Part shown: positions 50,508-62,069 of the stretch, piece by piece
Numbering within the stretch: position 1 is the stretch's first letter
Layout: each line of letters opens with the position of its first letter
Program-made: the position numbers and the translations under genes
Origin: Eledone cirrhosa
Taxonomy: Eukaryota
NCBI GenBank assembly: GCA_964016885.1
Contig: OZ024743.1
Span: 79,298,001-79,362,000 of the forward strand
Reading direction: 5' to 3'
Length of the DNA stretch: 64,000 nucleotides
Notes under the pieces: generated by a model
Seen by the model: the letters and a program-made list of their open reading frames with translations, nothing else
Databases searched by the model: none
Told to the model about the DNA's origin: nothing

Positions 50508-53432
50508 GCAGGAGATTTTAACGGACACATAGGTAAACACTGCGACGGCTTCAATAGAGTACATGGAGGCCATGGAGTTGGCACAAGGAATGAGGAAGGA
50601 TTCAGACTTCTAGAATTCTGCGACGCCAATGACATGTCGATATGTAACACAAACTTTAAAAAACCCGACAACCACCTGATCACCTATAGATCAGGGGAGC
50701 ACTCTAGTCAGTTAGATTTTATCCTCATCAGAGGACGTGACAGATGGACGGTCGTAAACACAAAAGCCTTCCCTAGTGAGGAATGTACATCCCAACATAG
50801 CTTAGTTGTCAGCGACCTCACGGTCAGAACTAGACGAGCCCTGAAACAGAGGCCAACCTGGAGAAGAAAGATCTGGAAGCTGAAAGTCCCCTCAACCAGT
50901 AACAGATTTAAAGATATTTTACTCAACGCCTACGACAGTAAAGAAGAACAGATATAGACATTTAACGTAGAAGAGAACTGGGAGTTCCTAAAAAATAACT
51001 TACTAGAGGCGACGGATGAGGTTTGTGGCTGGAGTAAGACCTCAAGCAGGAGGAGAGTGACTTGGTGGTGGAACAATAAGGTAGATGAAGCAGTCAAGGC
51101 CAAGAGACAGGCATGGAAAGAATGGAAGAACGGGGGGAGCAGGGTACATTACATAGAGACCAAGAGGGAAGCTAGGCGACAAGTATACTTAGCTAGGAGG
51201 GAAGCAGAGGATAGAAAATTCAAGCATGTTTTACAACGTGAGGACCAGAAACAGGAGGTATTCAAGATTGCGAGGCAGTGTGTCAGAGATAGTTGTGATG
51301 TCATTGGAGAGAAGTGTATCCGGAATGATAAAGGTGAGCTTGCCCTCACAAGTGCTGAGAAGAAAGATGCATGGAAGAGTCATTATGATAGATTACTAAA
51401 TGAGGAGAATGCATGGGAAGAAGAGACCCTACCCCACGTAGACCCTATAGAGGGACCAGCAGTACAAGTCAGCGGCAGCGTAGTAAGTAAGGCAATCAGA
51501 GATATGAAGATAGGGAAGGCAACCGGCCCATCGGGTATAGCTGCCGAGATGCTGAAGGCATCTGGGTCTGTAGGTCACACTATAACCACACGTATCGTTA
51601 ACCAGGTAATACTAGAGGGGGCCATACCAAAAGATTGGTGCAGTAGCATCATTGTCAACTGCTACAAAGGTAAAGGCGATGCACTAGATAGAGGAAACTA
51701 TAGAGGTATAAAGTTGATGGACCAGGTCATGAAAGTAACAGAAAGAGTTATAGCACAGCTGATTAGGGACCGGGTGAATATAGACGAGATGCAATTTGGG
51801 TTTGTACCAGGGAAAGGCACCACTGATGCGCTCTTCCTTGTGAGGCAATTACAGGAAAAGTACCTAGCTAAAAGTAAGCCACTCTACTTGGCATTTGTTG
51901 ACCTTGAGAAAGCCTTTGACAGAGTTCCACGTGCAGTAATCTGGTGGGCTCTTAGAAAACTAGGAGTAGATGAATGGCTTGTGAAAGCGGTACAAGCCAT
52001 GTATAGGGGAGCAGTCAGCAAAGTTAGGATTGGCAATGAGTATAGCGAGGAATTTAGCGTACAGGTTGGGGTCCACCAGGGCTCTGTTCTTAGCCCTCTC
52101 CTGTTCACCATAGTCCTGCAGGCAATAACGGAGGAGTTTAAGACCGGATGCCCATGGGAACTCCTGTATGCTGATGACCTCGCACTCATAGCTGAATCTA
52201 TGGTAGAACTAGAGAATAAATTCCAAACCTGGAAGCAGGGACTAGAGAGAAAGGGCCTCAAAGTCAACATGACAAAGACTAAGGTCCTTATAAGTAGACG
52301 AGAAAACAGAACCCAGATCCCCTCAGGGAAATGGCCTTGCTCAGTATGTAGGAAAGGTGTAGGTAGGAACTCCATTCTTTGCCCCAAATGCAAACAATGG
52401 GTACACAAGAGATGTAGCGGGATCTCAGGAAGCTTAATTAAGAATGTAGGATTCACATGCAGCAGCTGTGCTGAAACAGCAAGCAAACAGCCACAGGAAA
52501 CAAGTACCACCAATCTCTGGGAGGGCCCTGTAGAAACAGTAGACAGCTTCTGCTACCTAGGTGACCGAATTAGCAACGGAGGTGGGTGCTCAGAAAGTAC
52601 AATAACTAGGGTAAGAACGGGATGGAAGAAGTTTAGGGAACTACTACCACTGCTAGCTGCAAAAGGCTTCTCCCTCAGAATGAAAGGCAGACTGTATGAT
52701 GCGTGTATCCGAACAGCGATGTTGCATGGTAGTGAGACCTGGGCGCTGAAGGTGGAAGACTTACGTAGATTAGAGAGAAACGAAGCCTGCATGCTCCGAT
52801 GGATGTGTAACAGTAATATACGTGAACGACAAAGCATAAATGAATTGAGAGAGAGACTGAGCATAAGAGGAATCAAATGCTGTGTGCAGGAGAGGCGGTT
52901 ACGCTGGTATGGACATGTGATGCGTATGAAGGATGACAGCTGCATAAAAAGGTGCAGAGCACTAGAAGTTGATGGAAACCGCGGAGTGGGGAGACCCAAG
53001 ATGACTTGGGATGAGGTGATAAAAGCCGACCTTACCCAACTACACCTCTCAAAGTCAATGACACACGACCGTGACTTCTGGCGTCACGCAGTAATACAGG
53101 GTACCCGACCTCCCATGGGTACATGCTGAAGCATATAAACAATATGCCCCCCCCCCCCCCACCGCAAGGTGGTCGTGGAGGTGCCACGGCAAAAAAGCAC
53201 CCAGCCCACACTGTAAAGTGGACGTGTAGGCGCCACGAAAAAGCACCCAGCACTCACTGTAAATGAGGTTGGTGTTAGGAAGGGCATCCAGCTGTAGAAA
53301 TCAAGCCAGATCAGTTCCTGTATGAGCAAGGCATGGTCAGCCGACCAGACGCTGCCCACAACAGGACAACCCGTCTAACCCATGCTAGCGTGGAAGAACG
53401 GACGTAAAACGGTGATGATGATGATGATGATG
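50508..53432 (+). mobile_element. RTE-clade LINE family B, 5'-truncated: APE endonuclease C-terminal half, RT, PHD finger; one in-frame stop
   Basis: GDFNGHIG, SQLDFIL, SQHSLVV (APE); NYRGI, QFGF, FVDLEKAFDRV, HQGSVLSP, LYADDL, FCYLG (RT). TAG at 50955-50957 is in frame with 51057-53129; (GAT)n tail. Confidence 0.95.
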
Positions 53433-54129
53433 CACATATATATATATAGGTATATATATATATATATGTGTATTTATGTTTATACTAGTGTTGTGTCCCT
53501 TTAGTGCTTCAATAAAATACTGGGGTTGATATGATGGACTAAAGACTTGAAGTTGGTACCCCAGCATGGCCACAGACATGATAACATATACTAAAAATCC
53601 TTTTTTCCTCATCAGTGTTTGGTTTGCCAATAAAACCTATGAGACAACACCTGGTATTTTGACAGCTTGTGACCTTCAAGTAGAACCAACAACCATCCAG
53701 TCAGAGAGTGTGACCTGCAAAGGTCATGACTGATATCTCACTGGAGATTTCCACAAATATATATTTCTAGCTATCTTTAAATTTATTGGACAAAAGTTAT
53801 AGAATGATGCATATATTAAAAAAAGGATAAAAACCAACTTAAGAAATGAACAAAAGGGGATGGGATAGAGAAGGGCAGATCTGGTTGTGTAGGGAAGTAA
53901 AGAAAGGGTTATAAATTGTAATGATATTCATACAGTGAGTTAAATAGATATATTGGCAACAAAAGACAACTAATACCAGTTATTACCTTCACACACATAT
54001 ATCCAACCCACAAATACATTGATTACCTCCCTTCCTAAACCTCTCTAACGTGGAAGATACCATTTGACCATCCATTTTCCAAGATGGCTGGCTCAATACA
54101 CATGTGTGTTTTTCCCCTCATATCCCTGT

Positions 54130-54300
54130 TCCTTTTTCTCATCACTCTTTACTTTCAATTTATCTTCTATTTCTAACTCTATCTTCTGATGAAGGACTAG
54201 TGTCTGAAATGTTAATACTCTCTTCTCTTCCGGCTATTTCAAGTGTTAAACTAATATATTTCTTCCATGTACTGTGTTGTTTGTTTGTTATTTCTGTTTG
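54130..54300 (+). mobile_element. Penelope-like pLTR remnant with hammerhead-like core
   Basis: CTGATGA-AGGAC-TAGT-GTCT-GAAA-TGTTA at 54186-54214; the downstream tail is homologous to 2630-2703 on the minus strand. Confidence 0.5.
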
Positions 54301-54557
54301 CCTTTTACACATACACACAAATATATATATATATATTAGGAGCAGTGCCTGGGTATTTAACATCTTAGACAAGCCAGACATTGTGCCTCCCCTTCTTCTA
54401 GTTATGAGCCCCATTCTCTTAAATAAAATAATTTCAACTTGCAGTTTGGTAAGCTGACAAACCCAGTTTTGACACTTCTTGCTCTGACTATACTAAAACA
54501 ATTTCTAAGCCAGCCAGCATTTTCCACTTCACAGTTTATATTCACCCACTCCAAATC

Positions 54558-55190
54558 ATAATAATAATAATGAAATTATTGTGTACAGTGTTCAGGTGCA
54601 CTACAATTCATCAAAGGTGCATGTACAGTACATAGAATAATGTACAAATGTCAGGAAAGTGAACAGTGTATGAGTCATGATATACTTGTGTGCGTGTGTC
54701 TGGAGGGGGAATATTAGGTGTAGTTTTGGCAAATTTCATGAAGCATGGAGGTTTTAAAGGATGCAGTGTCTTGGCAGCTAACAACTGATGCAGGTAGTTT
54801 GTTCCATGCTTCAGCAACTCTGAGCATGAAAAAATGTTTCCGAAACCCATGGGAGCTGTGCTGTTTTCTGACTTTGTAGGCATGCCCACTTGTGTTAGAC
54901 ACATGGAAATCAAAAAGGTGCTCAGGGTTGTTGTTGAGAAGATGGTTTATAATTTTGTGGGTGTTTACCAAGTCAGTTGCCAGACGTTGGAGCTTCAATG
55001 TATCCATACCCAGGGAAGCAAGGTGTTCAGAGTATGGTAGATGCCTGATGGAGGGTATTCGCTTGGTTACACAACTCTGGACAGTTTCCAGGAGGTCAAT
55101 GTTCTGAGCAAGATAGGGGTTCCATACTGGTGATGCAAATTCTAAGTGTGGCTGCACTATAGCTATATACAGCTTTAAATAGATAGCTGA
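54558..55190 (-). mobile_element. CR1-clade LINE 3' fragment
   Basis: PHLEFASPVWNPY..LETVQ..LPYSEHL..LGMDTL..HFFMLRVAEAWNKLP; (ATT)n tail. Confidence 0.9.
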
Positions 55191-55290
55191 GTGATGTTAA
55201 GACACCCTCAACCTTTATGACAATTTTCATGTGACAGGACACAACACTAAAAGATCCCATTTACTACATTGGATATTTTCACAACACCAC

Positions 55291-55480
55291 AGAAAAGGCT
55301 TCTACAGCACTAGAACTGTTTCATTCGTATGAAATCATCAGGGCATTTCTGATTATTTCATATGAATGAAAGAGTTCTAGTCATGTAGAAACGTTTTCTA
55401 TATTAAAATTTGTTTGTTGTTCTCACTCTACTTATTATGTATTGAGTACCTTATTTACTGTGGTTACCCCTGATTCTATT
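55291..55480 (+). mobile_element. second copy of the 4191 hairpin/hammerhead element
   Basis: Same arms and same TTGAGTACCTTA..TACTGTGGTTA tail. Confidence 0.65.
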
Positions 55481-55764
55481 CGGCATAATGTAGTTGGTGG
55501 TAGGAAGGGATCTAGCTGTTAAAATCCTTGTCAAAATACAGTTCCACCTGAGCAAGGTATGGCGCTGCCAACTGGCCAGACTTGTCTCATGACCTGTGTG
55601 ACTTATCTCACCCATGCAGGGACTAATATACATTAAACGGTGATGATGTTTTTATGTCCCGTAATTTAATGGTTCGACAAAAAAGTGATAAAAATAAATA
55701 AGTACTGCGATCGATATGATTGACTAAATTAAGGCGGCAGTGGCCCAGCATGGCCACAGTCTTT

Positions 55765-56195
55765 TGTCTCTGCGGTGGCAAACCCCTCGTCTAGGATGCC
55801 ACTTGCAGCGACACTTTCTCCAGCCGCAACCTAGTGCAGTCTGCGACTAACCCAGGTGCTGCTGCACGTTGGGCTGAGGAGGTCAAACTCTTCAAGTACC
55901 GGTCGCTCTCCGACAGGTTCATGGTCGTACCCTTGGCAGTGGAGACATCTGGTGCCCTTGGCCCTCGGGCTACCACCATAGGCGCTGAGCTAGCAGGTGT
56001 AAGCCTCGCGAGCTGGAATGGCTCTTCCAGCGCATCCCCCTTACCATCCTCCGAGGAAACGCCTTCTCCATCCTGTCCGCCGGGGCTGTGGGGAGGCCAG
56101 CATATGGGACCCCATTTGCTCAACATACGGATTAATAGGCAAAGTTATAAACTATTGTAAATAAGACAAGAATTATGTACATTAAAAAAAAAACA
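55765..56195 (+). mobile_element. CRE-clade 3' fragment
   Basis: DATCSDTFSSRNLVQS..AEEVKLFKY..VVPLAVETSGALGP; A-rich end. Confidence 0.82.
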
Positions 56196-56302
56196 AATGT
56201 GTAGAGTTTCTCACTTTCTTCTTGTTTTTGTTTTCTTTTTACCATAAAAAAAAGAACATTTGCAAATTGTATTCTTTTAAAAATACGTCAGCTGTAACGT
56301 AA

Positions 56303-56428
56303 TTTATTTGTTTCTACTTTAGGCACAAGGCCAGCAATAACCCAGTTCATTACTGGTACTTTATTTTATCGACCCCGTAAGGATGAAAGGCAAAGTCAAC
56401 CTCGGCGGGATTTGAACTCAGATCGTAA
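56303..56428 (-). mobile_element. SINE family 1 copy
   Basis: Reverse complement of the core and B box. Confidence 0.75.
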
Positions 56429-56760
56429 TTTATTACTAACAAAAAATAACAAAATAGCAATTTATATCTAAGGGGAATAACTCTTGTTTCATTTGGTAAT
56501 TGTTACCTCCCTTGAAATTTACTGAATTTTTGTTTATTTTTTGATTTTTCGTTATGTTGGAACTTACTTTTGGTAATAGTATTTTCTTATAAAACAAATC
56601 AATTTATTTTCGTAATAATAATTATTACTAAATACATACATGAATGTATGTATAGTTTATTTGGCAATATACCGTATGTTTAATTAAAAACATTTAGAAG
56701 ACCTTGCGCTATCAGTTTTAAAGTAGTGACTATGTCACTTACTTCTTTTCGGCGAAAGAA

Positions 56761-56820
56761 GGGAGAGAAGCTAACAGTCTGCTTCACGCTGGTTGGTGTT
56801 CATCAGAGCCACGTACTCCC
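56761..56820 (-). ncRNA. hammerhead-like motif with extended stem I (one core substitution)
   Basis: Minus strand reads GGGAG-tacgt-GGCT-CTGATGA-ACAC-caacca-GCGT-GAAG-CAG-a-CTG-TT-AGCT-tct-CTCCC; bracketed by the 12-bp inverted repeat TTTCGGCGAAAG/CTTTCGCCGAAA. Confidence 0.5.
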
Positions 56821-56917
56821 CTGCTTTCGCCGAAATATATGTATGTATATAATTTCCTTCGAATGAAACAGTTCTATTCCTGTAGAAGCCATTTCTATAT
56901 TAAATCTTGTATAGAGG

Positions 56918-57112
56918 CTCAGACTCAGACTCAGAAGCTCCCGCGTCTTGCGACGCCAGAGGCAATCATAGTGTTCCACCGCGTTCGGTCAGCAGCCAGT
57001 TGCACAGCGTCCCGCCATTGTCTGTTTGGTGCTCGCAGGTCCCTCTCACCTGTCTGGCGCCAGTTCATATTGGGTCGCCCTCTCCGTCTGCTTCCCTGCG
57101 GGCTACACCTGT
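56918..57112 (-). mobile_element. RTE-like LINE 3' end with a (TGAGTC)n tail
   Basis: PQGSRRRGRPNMNWRQT..AADRTRW. Confidence 0.75.
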
Positions 57113-57231
57113 ATAAATCCAGAGTATGTAACCGAAACTGCACGAACGTGTATAAATATATACACATATCTAATATATAGGCATGTAAACACGCCAGAAA
57201 ATACGTATTTCGTATTTTTCTGGCGTGTTTA

Positions 57232-57441
57232 CATATTAGATATGTATATATATTAGATATGTATATATTAGATATGTGTATATATTAGATATGTGTATAT
57301 ATTAGATATGTATATATATTAGATATGTGTATATATTAGATGTGTGTATATATTAGATATGTGTATATATTAGATATGTGTGTATATTAGATATGTGTAT
57401 ATATTAGATATGTGTATATATTAGATATGTGTATATATTAG
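57232..57441. repeat. 18-bp AT-rich minisatellite (ATTAGATATGTGTATAT-type)
   Basis: Read directly. Confidence 0.85.
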
Positions 57442-57577
57442 CCATCCTGGTGCAGTCTCGGTTACATACTCTGTATTTATACAGATATAACTTCATCATA
57501 CACTTCGTCTGATTTCTTCTCGCTATAACTAGTTTAAGCATTGTTCTTATCATAGCTATACCAGTAAACATGTGAGG

Positions 57578-57578
<1 letters not shown>

Positions 57579-57608
<30 letters not shown>

Positions 57609-58258
57609 CTTCTTCTTCTTCTTCTTCTTCTTCTTCTTCTTCTTCTTCTTCTTGAGAGGCTCGTGGGGGCAGAGTCCTCACCGTCTGCAACCGACCCGAC
57701 TGGATCCCCACACGAGACCAGCCAAGCTTATGGATGTTGTCGAACCATCTTGCCCGGGATCTACCCCTGGGTCTCCTACCTGTTGGTTTTGCCCGTAAAA
57801 TCTGTCCAGTGATTCTTTCTTGAGACATTCTAACCATATGTCTGTAGTATCAGAGCTGTGATCTCTCAATTCAGAGATTCTTCCTGAGACATTCTAACCA
57901 CATGTCTGTAGTATCAGAGCTGTGATCTCTCAATTAAGAGATTCTTCCTGAGACATTCTAACCACATGTCTGTAGTATCAGAGCTGTGATCTCTCAATTC
58001 AGAGATTCTTTCCTGAGACATTCTAACCACATGTCTGTAGTATCAGAGCTGTGATCTCTCAATTCAGAGATTCTTTCCTGAGACATTCTAACCACATGTC
58101 TGTAGAATCGGAGCTGTGATCTCTCAATTCTGAGAAGTAGCGGCTCTACCTGGAGTGACTCTCTGATCTGTAGTAGCTCTACCTGGAGAAACTCTGATCT
58201 GTAGTAGCTCTACCTGGAGGACTCTCGGATATCAGAGCTACACACTCTATTGAGTACT
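57579..58258 (-). mobile_element. RTE family D 3' fragment with a (GAA)n tail and an internal 5 x 64-65 bp duplication
   Basis: GAGACATTCTAACCA recurs at 57822, 57886, 57950, 58015 and 58080. Confidence 0.85.
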
Positions 58259-58609
58259 GTTATTCTTATTTGGCGTTTTCACGCCTGCTACCAACCCACA
58301 TATTCTATCATACAATTGACATGAATTATCTGAAATTTGTGATAAAGGAACTGTGTACAATTAGCTTGTGAGTGTTTGTGAGATCTCATGAAGCAATTCC
58401 GACTTAGAACCCAGAGAACCTACTCTAGACTTTACAAACATGTTCACATTGAATGATATTTGGGATTGACGTTGAGTCCTATTTCAAAGTATTCGCTTCA
58501 AGCTGGAGTGTTCGGGTCTCCGTGTTCCAAATACTTTACAGCCATCATAAATTACTCCCAGCCCGACTCTTGATTTTCCGCCATTTGCTTATTGTCTTCA
58601 ACATCTACA

Positions 58610-58995
58610 GTAATGACCATCTTCCCGTTCTACGGTGGCAAACCCTTCATCTGGGATGCCACTTGCAGCGACACTTTCTCCAGCCGCAACCTGGTGCAGT
58701 CTGAGAAAAACCCAGGTACTGCTGCACGTCGGGCTGAGGAGGCCAAACTCTCCAAGTACCGGTCGCATTCCGACAGGTCTGCGGTCGTGCCCTTGGCAGT
58801 GGAGATTTCTGGTGTTCTTGGCCCTAGGGCTACCTCCCTACTCACCACCATAGGCGCTGAGGTGGCCAGCCGCAGGTGTGAGTCTCGCGAGACTCTTCCA
58901 GCGCATCTCCCTTACCATCCACTGGAGAAATGCCTTCACCATTCTGTCCACCGGGGATGTGGGGCGGCCAGCACGTGGGACCCCATTTGCTCATA
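58610..58995 (+). mobile_element. CRE-clade 3' fragment
   Basis: MTIFPFYGGKPFIWDATCSDTF..AEEAKLSKY..VPLAVE. Confidence 0.85.
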
Positions 58996-59244
58996 ATACA
59001 GAGAGACGGGGAGGGCGAGAGAGATGGAGACGATGATAGTGGGAGTTCGGCTCTTCCACGTTCGGACCATATCCTTGTGGTTGTGTTTATTATCTATATA
59101 GAAAACAATTTATTTCCCTTCTTGTATATACCTGAAACTAAATAAGTAGTAGAGTAAGATAATGAGATGGAAGATGGTAAAAGTAAAAAGATTCTCATAT
59201 ACAGGCATATTAACTTGTTCTGACTCAGTAGTTATAATAAAAAA

Positions 59245-59693
59245 AAAGAGCCTTAAGGTTGTTTTGACAACATTCTTAAAACGTTTCTCACGGTCCCAGA
59301 CGTTAATCCCGCTACAACTCTCCACAACTATTTAGCTCACCTGCCATTCTCCATCTTAGTATCAGACCCAGCACATCTCATTGCTTCTGTGGAACATTTC
59401 AATACTGTATTGGTTCGCTGAAGAACAGCAGTGTCTTGTGCTAGTGGCTACCATTTGATGTTTAGAATCCCCTTAACACAACCTTTATGAAATCATTTCC
59501 AAGTCTCAGAAGAGTATAAAAACCTGGTTAAGACGCCCGATTCTTAGACACTGAGCTTGCTTTTGATCTCGAGGTCTCTGTCAGATCAAACGACGCGCTA
59601 TTCTAGCTTTCCGAAAGCTTTGTTGTTTTTTTGCTGATCCTTAGATTTATTTCAGAATCAAGGGGTCCGTTTCTCTTTCTCACTCTCTCTCTC

Positions 59694-59785
<92 letters not shown>

Positions 59786-59995
59786 GACAGAGAGAGAGAG
59801 AGAGGGTGCTGCAAAAGTAGACGAAAGAGTCGACCAAATCTCATCTTGTACTCAGGAGATGTTAGGTTTGACATAAAGTTAAGCTGGAGGTGTGAACAGG
59901 ACCTTCGTCTTCTCCAGACTGGTGGTAACACCCAAAACAGTGTACGCCTTCTTCAGAGGAGATCTGTATCGTCTACATAGAAGATCTCATGGTTA
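59245..59995 (-). mobile_element. old, degenerate RTE (BovB-like) RT fragment split by (GA)n
   Basis: Minus-strand remnants [41 protein letters not shown] and KRFKNVVKTTLR lie in the expected order. Confidence 0.6.
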
Positions 59996-60180
59996 ACGAG
60001 TTTATCTTTCAAGTATAATGAGTGTTGGAAATATTCCCTGTTAGGAAGCACACCATTATTATATCTTTTGAAACCAGTATGCTAATTATGGCTCACCCTG
60101 CATATATATATATATATATATATGCACCAATGTATTTATTTGTATGTACCCTGGCTTATGTGTACACACGCGCACATTGG

Positions 60181-60266
<86 letters not shown>

Positions 60267-60559
60267 GCACACATTTATATGAGATTATAACTATAACTAT
60301 AACCTCGCCAATATATATATGTATGTGTGTGTGTTTTCCCGTTGCTATACGTGTGTATATGTGTATACATCTATTCCATGCTGATATATAATTAAATTAT
60401 TCTACCTTTACCTTTCTCAGCTGTAGAAATATATTTTTTATGTAAGAACCCAATTCCTTTCTTGCTTTGCTAAAAAATAATGGAAGAAGAGAATAAATGT
60501 GGTTGAGTATCCCGCAGGATGTGAGATAAACGTCTTTATAATCACTATTTGGAATCTAA

Positions 60560-60963
60560 TGGAAGAGGAAAGGGAGGGTAAGGAAGAGGAGAGAGGAGAG
60601 GAAGGGGGAATGGAGAGGAGGGGAGAGGAAAGAGGAGAGGAATGGAAAGGAAGGGAGAGGAGAGGAAGGGAGGAAGGGAGAGGAAGGGGGAGGAAGGGAA
60701 GTGAAGGAGAGAGGAGAGAGGAGAGGGAGGGAAGAGTAGGAGAGGAAGGGAGAGGAGAGAGGAGAGGAAGGGAAGAAAAGGAGAGGAAAGGAGAGGAAGG
60801 GAGAGGAGAGAGGAGAGAGGAGAGGAAAGAGGAGAGGAAGAGAAGAGAAGGAGAGGAAGGGAGAGGAGAGAGGGGGTATGGAATTATAGTGTGTGATTGA
60901 TTACTGGTTACGGTAGGAACATTGGAGCAGAAGTGACAGGTGGGAGAAGAGGGGGATGTAGGG

Positions 60964-61048
<85 letters not shown>

Positions 61049-61255
61049 GGGGGATGAGGGTGGTGATAGAGCGGGTGAGGGCGAGAGAGGGAGAGAGAGG
61101 TGGGGAGACAGATAGATAAATAGGGAGATAGAGAGATAGAGAGACAGAGAGAGTAAGAAGAAAGGGGGGGTGGATAGAAAGAGAGGGCATGAGAGAGAAG
61201 AGGGATGTGGGTGGGGATAGAGTGAGAGAGAGAGCGAAAGTAGGAGAGAGAGGAT

Positions 61256-61305
<50 letters not shown>
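60560..61305. repeat. polypurine (GA/GGA-rich) low-complexity tract
   Basis: Read directly. Confidence 0.9.
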
Positions 61306-61307
<2 letters not shown>

Positions 61308-61589
61308 TTTGTGATGGATCCTTCACCGGTTTTAGCGATGAGTGTTCCAGTTGTTATCTCAACTAAACAGCCATAGTTGTAAATATGGGGTTGAGTATTC
61401 CGTACATGATTGATGACCTCAGGTGGCATCAGCGTGACACAATATATCTAAAGTCTAGACCTTTAAATTACAGCTATAGTCCAGTGTTATAGTGGAAGTG
61501 GCTGAGTATACCACAGACACGTGTATCCTTCACATAATTCTCAGGTAAGTTTAACGTGAAAGAGCTGAACATCTGAATTACAGCTACAT

Positions 61590-61878
61590 CCTTTCTTCTT
61601 CTTCTTCTTCGCCTACTTATTCTTGTGAGGGTCGTGGGAGCAGGGCCCTAAAACACTTCCTCCAGTAGGTCCTGTCAGAAGCAACTGGCTCCAATTGATC
61701 CGGCTGGATCCCCCGAGAGAGAGAGAGACCACCCAAGCTCATGTATGTTATCCAACCATTTTGCTCGGAGCCAACCCCTGGTTTGCCCTTAAAATTTGTG
61801 CAACAATTCTTTCCTGGGACATTCTAACCACATGTCCATAATATCGGAGCTGTGGTCCCACAAATCGGAGAAGTAGTG
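61590..61878 (-). mobile_element. RTE family D 3' fragment
   Basis: Matches 48900-49130; (GAA)n tail. Confidence 0.72.
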
Positions 61879-62069
61879 TCAATGTGTCACAATCTGTCGT
61901 CTTGCTGGACATTGAATTACTCGTTCACTCCATCTGATACACTTTCACACAATTTTCGTGTTCCCAATCTCACTTATATGGTCACCAGCCACCAGCCACC
62001 ACCACCACCACCACCAGTCAGCCGTACCAGCCACCACCAACACAACCACCACCACCAGGGTACCAATCG

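Noticed and set aside
60438-61429. Ser/Leu/Pro-rich and Glu/Arg/Gly-rich ORFs
   Set aside because: Translations of the polypurine/polypyrimidine tract.
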